In this document: piece by piece, positions 50,105 through 61,649 of the stretch | Layout of the letters: the number at the start of each line of letters is the position of its first letter | Numbering within the stretch: the stretch's first letter is position 1 | Assembly: GCF_026210795.1 (NCBI RefSeq) | Contig: NC_089433.1 | Coordinates: forward strand, 5,394,001 to 5,458,000 | Length of the DNA stretch: 64,000 nucleotides | From: Rhizophagus irregularis | Lineage: Eukaryota | Direction: 5' to 3' | The notes under the pieces: model-generated | Seen by the model: only the letters and a program-made list of their open reading frames with translations | Told to the model about the DNA's origin: nothing | The model's database searches: none | Made by a program: the position numbers and the translations under genes

Positions 50105-53100
50105 CACTGGTCAAAATCAAAACTTTCGACCGTTAAGAGCTTTCGGTATAATTTTTGCTGATTGGTCATATGATTCATCACATTTTTTGACCAATGGCAA
50201 AAATCAGTAAAATCAATCACAAATCAACTAATACTGATTGTTAAACGAAAACTCATTCAGTCTTTTGGTGAAAAATCAACTTATACCGATTGTTATACAA
50301 AAAATTGCTCTTTTAAGATCATTCAGTAAAATTATACTGATTGGTCATATAAATCAACACAATTTTGCCAAATTTGCCAAACGGTAAAAATCTGGCAATA
50401 ATTCGGCAAATCAGTTGATAAATGACTGAAAAAATCAGATGATCCAGATCGATATTTTACAGGTCTTTTTAAAATAAACTTTTTTAAACTTTTTAAACTT
50501 TTCGCCTCTCTCTTTCATTCGTAAATGTACACATTAAATTCGGTAACTTTTTATTAAATCAAAAAAGTTTCGAAACTTTCTTTAAAAAAACATTTTTTAC
50601 ATTAAAAAACGTTTTTTTTTATACTTTTAGTGAAGAAAATCGGTTCCAGCGTGGATACCGATATTACAGGTAAAGTTTTGAAAAATTTTGAAACTTTCTT
50701 TTAAAAAAAAAATGTTTTTAGCTAAAAACGTTTCTTTTTTATATTTTTTGCAGAAAATCGGTTCCGATGTGGATACCGTTTTCCTAAGTAAAGTTTCGAA
50801 AAAAATTTTTAAAACTTTCTTTAATAAAACATTTTAATAAAACGTTTTTTTATTTTTGTATAGGAAATCGGCTCCAGCGTGGACGCCGATATTCCAGTTA
50901 AGTTTCAAAACTAAATGGTTTAAAACTTCTTTAAAACGTTTTTTAATAAAAAAAACATTTTTTTTTTATTTTTTTTATATAGGAATTCAGCTCCAGCGTG
51001 GATGCCAATATTCCAGTTAAGTTTCGAAACTAAAGTTTCAAAACTTTAATAAAACGTTTTTTAATAAAAAAAATGTTTTTTTTTTATTTTTTTTATATAG
51101 GAATTAAGCTCCAATGTAGACGCTGATATTCCAGTTAAGTTTTGAAACTAAAGTTTCGAAATTTTAATAAAACGTTTTTTAATAAAAAACGTTTTTTTTT
51201 ATTAATTTTTGTAGAAAATCGGTTCTGGCGTGGATACCGATATTCCAGGTAAGTTTCAAAACAAATGTTTTGAAACTTCTTTAAAAACATTTTTTTTATA
51301 TTAAAAAACATTATTTTTTTATTTTATTGTATAGGAATTTGGCTCCAGCGTGGACGCCGATATTTCAGATAAGTTTCAAACCATTTTTGAAACTTCTTTA
51401 AAAAAAAAACGTTTTTTAACGTTTTTTTTTATACTTAATTGTAAAGCTATCAGTTCCAGTGTGGATACTGAACCCCAAAGATAAGTTTTGAAAAATTTTG
51501 AAACTATAATAATAAACGTTAAAAATTAACATTTTTTTTTTATTTTTTGTAGGGATATCAGTTCCGGTGTGGATACCAAAATCCCAAAGGTAAGTTTCGA
51601 AAAAAAATTTTAAAACTCTTTTTAATAAAACGTTTTTAATAAAACATTTTTTTTTATGTTTGTATAGGAAATCGGCTCCTACTTGAATACCAAATTCCAA
51701 AGGTAAGTTTCAAAACAAAGTTTTGAAACTTTAAAACATTTTTTAATATTAAAAACGTTTTTTTTTTACTTTTGTATAGGAATTCGGCTTCAGCGTGGAT
51801 GCCGATATTCCAGTTAAGTTTCATTTTCAAAACTTCTTTGAAAAAAACGTTTTTTAACGTTTTTTTTTTAATATTATTGTAGAGTTACCGTAAAGTTTCA
51901 AATTTTTAAAACTTTACGAAACTTAATAAAAAAAACGTTTAAAGTAACGTTTTTTTATTATTTTTTATTATTTTTTTTTGTAGAGAATTGGCTCTGATTT
52001 GGATACCAATTCTACAAGTAAAGTTTCGAAGTTTTTTTTTCGAAACTTAATAAAAAACGTTTATTTTAAACGTTTTTTTTATTTTTTTGTAGGAAATCGG
52101 CTTCAATATGGACGCTAAAATCTCTTCGGTCAGGTTTCAGGATGAGTTCAACATGGAATTTCGAAGGTAGAACTTCAAAATATTTCATTAATTTATCTAA
52201 TAAACATTACTAACATTCCTTTGTATTTAGAAAATTTTTTTTTTTTTATTTGAACGAAACGTTTGCTAACGTTTTCGTTCTTTTTTTTTGTAGATTCAAG
52301 ACGCCCTCAAAGTATAATAGGGGTTTAGGGCATGGAATGGTTGATGGTAAGTTTTGAAGTTGGTTTAATTTTGAAACTTTAAAAGAAATGATTTACTAAT
52401 CATTTCTTTCTTCTTTTTGTAGGCTTTCACTTCAGGCTGATGGATCGGGTAAGTTTCGAACTATTTTGAAACTTTTCAAAATTTTTTTTTTATAAAAGAA
52501 TCGGTTTGCTAACCGTTTCTTCTTTTTTTTTGTAGATTTCCCCCTTCGACTTTTTATTGGATGGGTAAGTTTTTCGAAACTTCATTTTTTATTATTATTA
52601 AAGAAACGAACTAACCGTTTCTTTTTTTTTGTAGGTTTCCATTAACGAATTGGAGGTAAGTTTCGAGTATCGAAACTTTAACTTTTTTTATCGAAGAAAC
52701 ATTAAACTAATTGTTTCTTCTTTTTTTTTGTAGGTTTCCCACCCTTCGGACTTTATTGGATGGACAGGTAAGTTTCGAATTTTTTCAAAACTTTATTTTT
52801 TTTATTGAAGAAACGTTAAACTAATTGTTTCTTCTTTTTTTTTGTAGATTTTCTTCTTCGGACTTTATTGGATGGGTGGATAAGTTTCGAATTTTTCGAA
52901 ACTTTATTTTTAATTATTATTAAAGAAACGAACTAACCGTTTCTTTACTTTTTTTTTGTAGGTTTCCCCTTCAGATTTTATTAGATCGGGTAAGTTTCTT
53001 TTGAAACTTTAACTTTTTTTATTTAAAAAATAGGTTACTAACCATTTTCTCTTTTTTTTTGTAGGTTTTCTACGGATTTTTATCAGGTTAGGTGAGGATG

Positions 53101-54943
53101 ATGGGTGGATAATGGATGGTGGATGGTGTATATAGATGATAGATAGCTATATATTAATTTAATATGTAATTTTTAATACATATGGGCCGATCCTTGGAAT
53201 CTAATTTTTTACACAAAAATAATTTTATTAAAGCAAATATAAATTATCATTTATATAAGAATAATAAATTTATACTAGGTAATGCAAAAAAAACTAATTA
53301 ATTATATAATTTTTAATTTTTTTTTAATATATGATATCATTAAAATTTAAAAGATCAAATATAACTCTCATGACAAAATCATTGATAATTCTTCGTAGAA
53401 ATAAGCTATACAAATAAATTTACATTCATTTGAAAGAGAAAATCGAGATCTATCTAATGAATCTAAAATCAAGTGAATTGAATCACTAGTTGTTCAGTAA
53501 TCACGTTCAGTATATTTATTGAATTTTATCTAAATTTGATCATTAATTACTTCACATGTAGTGATTCAATTTGAATGATCTTTGCTCCCTAAGGTGATGC
53601 CAACTTTTATCTTTAAAATAAATTTAAAATAATTCGTTTAATATATGTAGAATCATCAATTATATTATTAATATAAAATTTTATAAGTTTGATAAAATCT
53701 GATATAAAAAAATTTATTAAATACCTGTAGATGCAAGCTACACGAATGAAATTATATTCATTTGAAAGAGAAAATTGAGGTCTATCTAATAAGCCTAAAA
53801 TCGAATGAATTGAATCACTGGATTGTGAATAATTACGTCTAATATATTTATTTTTAATTTTTAAATTTGATTTGACTTTGATCGTTAATTACGCCTCATC
53901 CAGTGATCCAATTTTCCTGATCTTTGATTCTTACGATAGAGCAAATTCTCAGCTTTCAAATGAATGTAAAATGATGACGTTAGCATATCTCCAGGAATAA
54001 TAATGCACGATTTTGTCACCTGCATAAAGTCCGATCTGAAAATTTTATTTCTTACCAAAAAATGCTTTCATAAGAGAATCCCAAATTCTTTTACTTTATT
54101 TAAAAGATTTTATTTGCCATTTAAGGATTTTAGTAGAATAAATCTAATAAAATAATTTTAAAAGATAAAAAACAAATATATAATTAGTTATTTTGAAAAA
54201 AAAAGAATATCTTATTATTCATTTTACAACTATTTTACATCATAATTATTTTTTATTTGCATGTATTTTTTACAAAGAAAAAACAATAAATTAAAGCTAA
54301 AAATTATGAAAAAATATGTCTTATCTATGTATATAAAATATTAAGTTTTTTCTTTTACTTACCACTTAAAAATAACTGCTATATTTGCTTATAAACTTTT
54401 TTGTCATATTTAATAAAAGTGAATAGAAAAATGATGGAAAAGTGATGGGCAGTGATGGGAAAAAAGAAGTGGTTATTACCGTTATTTTTGAATATTGATT
54501 AAAAAAATTTTTTTATTTTTTATTAAATCTGAGTTACGTAAATATGTAACACATATTTAATTTAGATTTGTGTAATGTTAATCTTACTAAAATATTAAAT
54601 TTTTATAAAAATCTTAATTTAGACTAATTCCAAAAATCGGCACATATGAAAATGAATTAATAAAATTTAATTAATAAATTATTATAAAATTAAATCAGTA
54701 ATCAGTTAAATGTACAAAAATCGGTAATAAATTATTAGGTTTATTAACAATCGTCAATTTGATTTTACCGATTTGTTGCCAATTTTTACTGATCAATTTG
54801 TTGACAAATGGCAGGCGTTATGGTGCAAATCATCTATATAATTAGTTGCCGATTTTTTGGTACTGATCGGCTAAGGTAAGACTGAATTTCGTCCAACATT
54901 CAGCAATTTAAAATTTTGCCAAAATGAACTATTCTGACCAGTG
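50105..54943. mobile_element. Non-autonomous CACTA/CMC-type element inserted in the MULE transposase
   Basis: TIR CACTGGTCA(A/G)AAT. 3-bp TSD TAA at 50102-50104 and 54944-54946. Subterminal (C/T)GATT repeats. Removing the element rejoins the transposase motif LITSD. Confidence 0.9.
50543..53064 (+). ncRNA. Putative multi-intron structured ncRNA: ~22 tandem micro-exon/intron modules
   Basis: Period ~100-120 bp: polyT-(G/A)TAG | 21-37-nt exon | GTAAGTTTCG. CTAAC/CTAAT branch sites occur in the distal 8-9 introns. Exons fold into covarying hairpins. No long ORF. Confidence 0.65.
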
Positions 54944-57449
54944 TAATTAACATCCAAGTGGCAGCACACCTGCTGCATAACTTGTATATAAAAGTGTAAT
55001 TGAGGTTCAAACGATGCAGATGCATCAACATAACAAATTTCTCCAACTTGCAGAATTTTTTCATGAATGCGGCACATTAAACTGGATACAATGCATAAGA
55101 TGAACGCTTTTTCAGTTTATATATCATATTCCTGTATAATCGCTTTACCATTACCCAAATTGTTATAATGATCAATTACTTCTACTAAGTGTTCAAACAT
55201 TTTCTCACCATTACAACTGCCAAGCATATTATTATGGTATTTATGGAAAAGTCTAACAATATAACCATAGTCTGACTTGATAGCTCGATCTGCAAGCATT
55301 TCAAGCAACTCCTGATTACTTTCTGCAGTAGTGTGAAACCTATCTTCATAGAAATATATTGTCAAAGCAGACGAATGCCCATCTTCAAATAACTCTAAAA
55401 ACCTTTCATGTACCTCTTCCTTAACATGCTAAAAACTTAATGATTCTGCCAAATTTATTACATGATTGTGCGTAAATCTAATATTGATTTCCAGCAGATT
55501 GCTATGCGACTCAATATGCCAATTTTCTAGCTGAATTTTAATACTTGCATTGCAGTGAACATTTCTTATTCAAGTTGACTGCTGAAACTTTATTTCACGA
55601 TTACCTTATTTTTTTTTAACATCATTTCCATGTATACAATGTCGTTTTAAAAGCACCTTTTTTCCTTTTACTCTGTATCCCTTTGTTTGAGACATCGTGA
55701 TTTTAGAATGACTGATATTAATAAATGCTTTTAGTTCAAATTGTGGGATCGAAAAATTCTCAAAAGTTTGATAAGATAGTAGTTAATTAAACTTTTTAAT
55801 TAAGTATGAGTAACCTGATGAAAGAACTAATTTCAAAAGATCGGGTAATGAACTCTAAACTAAAATCTGTAAGAATTAAGAAATAACAATTATGACAAGT
55901 TTAGCAACAATGGTGACTTTGACAAAATAAAATATTTTAACAAATCGGAATAGTAAAATTTTTGCAATATATTAATATATTAATATTTAATGAAAATAAT
56001 TTACAATAGTACAAATTTGATAAATTAAAATATAAAATATAGTTATATAATACTAATAAAACTTTGTAATTTGTACTTTAACCTCGTCTATACTATTATC
56101 GTTCTCTATAATTTTAGACAGCAAAAAAAAAACAAAACTATTTGGTTTTATTTAACTAAATAAAACGTTAAATAAAAATATTTATTATAGTCTATGTGGT
56201 TTTATATTTCGCTTCAAAAAATGGTAAATAAGATGGGAAGAAAAAGAGATGGTTAACACGACACAAATAAAATCAATAAAATCTGTGTACAATGCGAAAT
56301 TAGGTCACGTAAATAAGTAAATTATTAGAAGAGTGGTGGCGCGTGACGTATGGTGCAGCTGTGCTACACATTTTTGCCATGAACCTGGCACACAAAAAAG
56401 GGATGCAAAATATATTATTTATATTTTATTTAATTTTTTATTAACTATTAATTCTAAAAATGCGATTTTACTATCATTAGATTCGTCTTGTTGAGGCGAT
56501 TCCAATGAGCTATATTTCATCCTTTTCTGATCATTGGATCAAAAGTTAGCAAACTGCCTGATTGGTGATAGTATTTGGCGAAAATGCCAATCAGTTACCA
56601 ATCGGTCACCAATCAGCTAACAGATTGGTGACTGATTGATACCTGATTTTTCACTTTTTGACCTGTGTTTATTCAGTAGATATAGTTGGTTGAAAAATAT
56701 TTTCACAGATTTCTGACTGCATATTATTTCAGTAATTTCTTGCTGGATCATCCACAATTGTATTTCAGCTTCCAGTACTATAATATATAATAGTTCAGCC
56801 TAGTAAAGTTAAATTTAATTAGAAAAGTGTAAGGAAAAGCATAATGCTATATTTAATAAGATTGGTATATATTAGTATTACCTGTCGTAAATAGTTGTAA
56901 GTTTAAAAATTAAGTAATTATAATGGTTGTAAATTAGAATTATTATTTTTTAGTTAATCACAATAATATTTTACATTTTTCATTTAACTATTATTTATTA
57001 TCAATAATTCTTGTAAATATTATTGAAATTTACCAATTATATCTTGATATACTTATCCTAAATGTTTATATTTCTATAAATATAAATATGTTTCTTTATC
57101 TTTTAAGTTTTAAATATATAAGATATTTTCATTTAGAATTATAAATATGTGGTTTTCTTTGATAATTTATTCTTAATCTTTAGTATAATTTTTATTTTAA
57201 ATTTTGTTATAATTTTCATTTTTAATTTTTAATTTTATAGTAATTTTATTTTTAATTTTTAGTATAATTTTTATCTTGATTTTTAATATAATTTTAATTT
57301 AATTTTTAATTTAATAGTAATTTTATTTTTGATTTTTGGTAGATTTTACTATAACTTGCATTTTTGATTTTTAGTGATAATTTTCATTATTAATTTTTAA
57401 TTTTAATTTTAATGTAATTTTTATTTTGAATAATATTTATAATGTTTAA

Positions 57450-57954
57450 TTCATGATCCGCCAGTGAACCATAAAATTTGACTATTAAAAGGCGGTGATA
57501 AGTTCATATATATATTTATCAATAATTTAGAATCTGCGATTCCAGAGAAAAAATATGGGATAACTCGCCTTCTATTGGTCATGGAGACATAAAATCATTA
57601 CCATTAGATGCGTCTCGATGAGACGAATCCGATGAACCAAATTTTATTTTCCTACGACCACTAGATGATGAGTTATCTTTAAAATTTTTAAAATACTAAA
57701 TTTTTTTTTTTTCAAATTCAAATTTTCAGCTCTTATGAAAGTGTCTTTTGGTGCTTAAAATTTTTACCGGTCTTTTATTATTAAGACAGCCAAATGGCAT
57801 ATTTTTATGGCTATAATATTAGTTTTCATATTATATTTTAGTAATTTGTACCTTGCATTGCCGGAACTGTAGATTCCGCGCTATTAGTAAATATATATAT
57901 AACTTTCACCGGAATTTAATAGCCAAGTTTTATGGTTCACTGGCGGATCACGAA
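57450..57954. mobile_element. TTAA-flanked foldback MITE
   Basis: TIR TTC(A/G)TGATCCGCCAGTGAACCATAAAA..TG.CTATTAAA. TTAA on both sides. Internal GTCTC-N3-GAGAC palindrome. Confidence 0.9.
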
Positions 57955-58587
57955 TTAATGTTTTTATTTTTAGTTTAATAGTAATTTTATTTTTAATTTT
58001 TTTTTATTATATAATATTAATATAAATTATTAGTTTTGCAAAAAAATATATTGATATAATAAAATTTAGTAGTAAAATTTTAATATTTATTTTGTAAGAT
58101 TTATGTATATTGTATTTTAAATGTTAAATTTAAATATTATTTATTTATTTTATTTGTTATTTTTATAATATTTTATTTTTATTTTTAATTTTTATTATAA
58201 ATAATATTAGAATTTTATTTAATTAAATGTTATATTAAAATATTCAAATTATATTATTTTTAGTAGTATAATTACTATATTTTTCATTATACAGTCAACT
58301 CCCTCTATAGTCACTCCCGTTATAGTCACATTCTACTATATAGTCACACCAGTTGAATGTTCAAAACACTTTATTATTAAAATCTATCCTATATAGTCAC
58401 AATCTATCTATAGTCACTATCACACCTATCCTCAAAAAACTTATATTAAAAAGAACCGTTTATAATCACAGTTATATAAAGAATATATTAAATAACTTGG
58501 CATCTAATAATCGTACAAAGATGTATCATAGCTTGTTAGAATCGTCTCACTAAGACGAATCGAATGGTAGTAGTTTTATCCTTTTCC

Positions 58588-58833
58588 TTTGCTAGTGTTT
58601 ACGGCCAGACCACCCATTGCCTCTTATGAGACTAATCTCGGGTCTGTGTCCTATCATCTTCAATGGGCAACCATTATACCGAGTACTTAATTCCTCAGGT
58701 AACAGCACCACTATAGAAGACATCCCCCATCGGGCCATTATAGGCTGATCTGAAGCTAGGTACACGCCGCCTACTCATCCTATACCCATTGCATGATACT
58801 GATACTCAATTTATTTAACGACCTTTAGAGAGT
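58588..58833 (-). mobile_element. SINE-like retroposed insert 1
   Basis: 15-bp direct repeat GTTTTATCCTTTTCC at 58573-58587 and 58834-58848. GC-richer body with a core shared with insert 2. Confidence 0.75.
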
Positions 58834-59475
58834 GTTTTATCCTTTTCCGATTACTGGCTGACGAGTTATTCAACAAAATGTTAAACATCGGCATTATAAT
58901 ATTTCTTGATTTACGTTTACTGCACCATTTAACATTTTGCTAGATTTCTCGGTACCTAGTGATTGTAAAAAGACGATTTATAGCTCGTTGGAATCGTCTC
59001 ATCGAGACGAATCGAATGGTGGTAAGCTCATCTCTCTGTGATCGATATTGACGGAGTTATTACTTAAAAACCATTTAATATTTTTTAATTTCGGAAATTG
59101 ATCTAGTGATTGGATTTCGATGTATATTATACCATTAGATTCGTCTCATCAAGACGAATCAAATGGTAGTACGATCGTCTTTCTAGGATCAATATTGGCA
59201 GAGTTATTACACAAAAACCATTAATATTTTTTTTAATTTCGGAAATTAATTTAGTGATTGGATTTCGACATATTTTATACCACTAGAACCGTCTCATCAA
59301 GACGAATCGAATGGCGGTAAGATCATCTCTCTACGATTAATATTGGCGAAGTTACGATACAATAAAGTTTTAAGTATAATTCTGGCTAAAATTATGTTAA
59401 TTTTTGGCCAGAATTATGATATACAAATATAAGAAATTTTTTATATAGTCACATCTCTTTATAATCACCAAATAT

Positions 59476-59784
59476 TTTGAAGGTTATCTGATGAAAGTCC
59501 TCCGTGACAGTAGTAGTGGTGAGGGGTTTATAATAGTAGCCATTACAGTATCATGCAACGGATTAAAGGACAAGTAGGGTGGTGTTCAGCAGATTCGAAG
59601 GCCTTCGGGTCCCTGGGATAAGTCCTTGCGTCTCGGTTGTGGTGTTGAATTGTCCTTGTTAAAAGGCGGCGGGAATGGTTACATCATGGCTTAGTGAGGA
59701 TGATGCATTGAACGACCTACCTCTATAACCTTCAGTAGAGGATGCGGAAAGTAGTGGCCACTAAACGTACAATACACTTGTAAA
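59476..59784 (+). mobile_element. SINE-like retroposed insert 2
   Basis: 15-bp direct repeat ATAATCACCAAATAT at 59461-59475 and 59785-59799. GC-richer body with hairpins. Confidence 0.75.
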
Positions 59785-60559
59785 ATAATCACCAAATATG
59801 GACTGTCCCAAATGTGTGACTATAAAGAGAGTTGACTGTATATAAAATTAAAGATAGTATTAATTTAAGTAAAACCAGTTTAACTGCAGTTTAAAACTAA
59901 ACTAATATAAAATAGTAACTTTTGATTAAAAGTAATATTAAGCAATTTACCTTCCAATCCAGCCACTACATGAAATACATCTTATGGTATTTGTGTATGA
60001 CGATCTTGAAATAATTGATCCAAAACATTTAGTTTAATAATTTAAATTTTTTATTTTTTAGATAAAAAACCATTATTAGTAAAAAGGATTTTTTTTAATT
60101 ATTATGTTTAAAAAATCTGATTACTGAAAAAATTAGCAAAGATAATAATGAGAATAATCAATCTGATAATAATAATAATAATAATGGTAAGAAAAAAAAT
60201 GAAAAAATGAATAAGTTTTTGATGTTAATAAATTATGAAATAAATAAATAATTGTGAATGTTATTTCTAATTGTTATGATAAATTATAAATTATATAATA
60301 ATTTAATAATTAAATATATAAATTGCAGTTTAAACTGTAGTTTGCATTAAATAATAAGCCACGATCAGTTCAGTTTGTTGTTTAAACTGCCAGTTCATAA
60401 ACTAAATTAAACTAAATTAAACTAAATTGAATTAATATCATTTCTATATAAAACTTTAAATTATTTTAATAAAAGCATAATTTCTTTAACTGTATTTTTA
60501 TTATTATATAATTAATTACTAATTAATTTTATTTATTATGAAATAAATAAATTAAAAAA

Positions 60560-61565
60560 ATCAGTTTATAGATGAGTTCATGACATTAAATAGGAATAGA
60601 ATAAGATATCAGTCAGAAGTATTAGAATTGATTGACTGGAAAACATCATTAAAATTAAATTGTATTGATCAACACTATACTTTATTTGAAGATTATTTTC
60701 TGCAATCGTTTAGGACTAAAATTTGTTGTAATGAATTACCAACATGTGTAAATTTAAGGAAGCGCAAACCTGATTTATATGATGATAGTTAGAAGTGTAA
60801 CTTCTGTAAAATTGAAGAAGAAATGTTTGACCATTTTTGGAAATGTATTAAGATCCAAGATATTGTGCAGAATATAATTAAAAGATTCAAAATGTTTTTG
60901 GTAAATATAATAGGTGAATTTTCAAAAGAAGAAATATATAAATAACAACTTGAGGATAAGGTTGAAAAGTTAAATATGTGGGATATTGGTTATTTTTATG
61001 ATTTCACTTTTTTGATGAAAAATCAAGTTAGTCACCAGTTAGTTGATCTGTTGAAGTTTTACAAGATAACAGATGTAAAAGTATTACGAAGGATGTTAAA
61101 ACAAATAGTTAGAAAAATTATTTTAGAGTTTAAGATATTGATTTGGGAACCAAGGAATGAATTGCAGATTGCGAAAGAAAAGAAGTTTGATATTAATAGT
61201 AAAGATAAAAAAATGAAGTTGAATAGTAAAAAACGTGATGATACAAATGTTAATGTATTAGGCTTCAGTGATGAGACTAAATGGAACAAATGGAATAATT
61301 TAGCATTCTATGATCGAGAGGGGCACTGAGCAAATTTTTAGGTAGATCTTGACAGTTACCTAGGAATTTGAGTTGTATTATTGTTTTTAATAGTGATATA
61401 ACCATTTAGGTGACAGGTCAACTTGTTCTTAGGAGAAGTAATCTTGTTTCATAATGCTTAATTCTTATATGTATTTTGTTTATCTTATTTTAACTTTTAT
61501 ATATGTAAGTAAGCGTAGTTATAATAAGACAAGATCGCATCTAAAATAAAAAAAATAAATAAATA
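60560..61565 (+). mobile_element. 5'-truncated non-LTR retrotransposon (LINE): ORF2 C-terminus, 3'UTR and A-rich tail
   Basis: NELPTCVNLRKRKPDLYDDS*KCNFCKIEEEMFDHFWKC (zf-RVT-like) and IWEPRN. Tail A(n)/(TAAA)n. AAATAAATAAATTAAAAAAA occurs on both flanks. Confidence 0.85.
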
Positions 61566-61649
61566 AATAAATAAATTAAAAAAAATAATTAGATAAATAA
61601 ATGAATTAGTGAATATTACTATAAAATTATTTTAAATTTTTAATAATTA

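Larger units (their letters stand above)
48600..55860 (-). pseudogene. MULE transposase with SWIM finger; many stops and frameshifts, split by the CACTA insertion
   Basis: Fragments GEICYVDASASF, LPLG.LITSD, FTDDSSAERNALKLCWP, WALSFR..RGNNTNNYIE and a SWIM-like CSC..PCK. Boundaries are approximate. Confidence 0.8.
48147..56407 (-). mobile_element. Decayed Mutator-like (MULE) transposon
   Basis: ~30-bp TIR TGCA(C/T)CCCTTTTTTGTGTGCCAGGTTCAT at both ends enclosing a MULE transposase remnant. TSD not cleanly preserved. Confidence 0.85.
58292..59838. mobile_element. pogo/Tigger-type non-autonomous element carrying ~147-bp repeats and two retro-inserts
   Basis: TIR CAGTCAACTC(C/T)CT(C/T)TATAGTCAC with TA on both sides. 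Repeated TATAGTCAC subterminal motifs. Confidence 0.9.

Noticed and set aside
50636..52130. Repeat protein (EIGSSVDADIP)n encoded by the micro-exons
   Set aside because: Exon lengths vary between 33 and 37 nt, so the frame is not kept. Substitutions track base pairing rather than codon positions. Not fully excluded without cDNA.
50543..53064. CRISPR array interpretation of the regular repeat-spacer pattern
   Set aside because: The context is eukaryotic with no cas genes. The 'spacers' are mutually homologous and bounded by splice signals rather than unique.
59486..59520. Hammerhead ribozyme suggested by CTGATGA
   Set aside because: No GAAA follows the candidate stem II, and I could not build stems I and III.
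59870..60430. AAACTG/CAGTTT-rich patch resembling hAT subterminal repeats
   Set aside because: No termini or TSD; too decayed to call.
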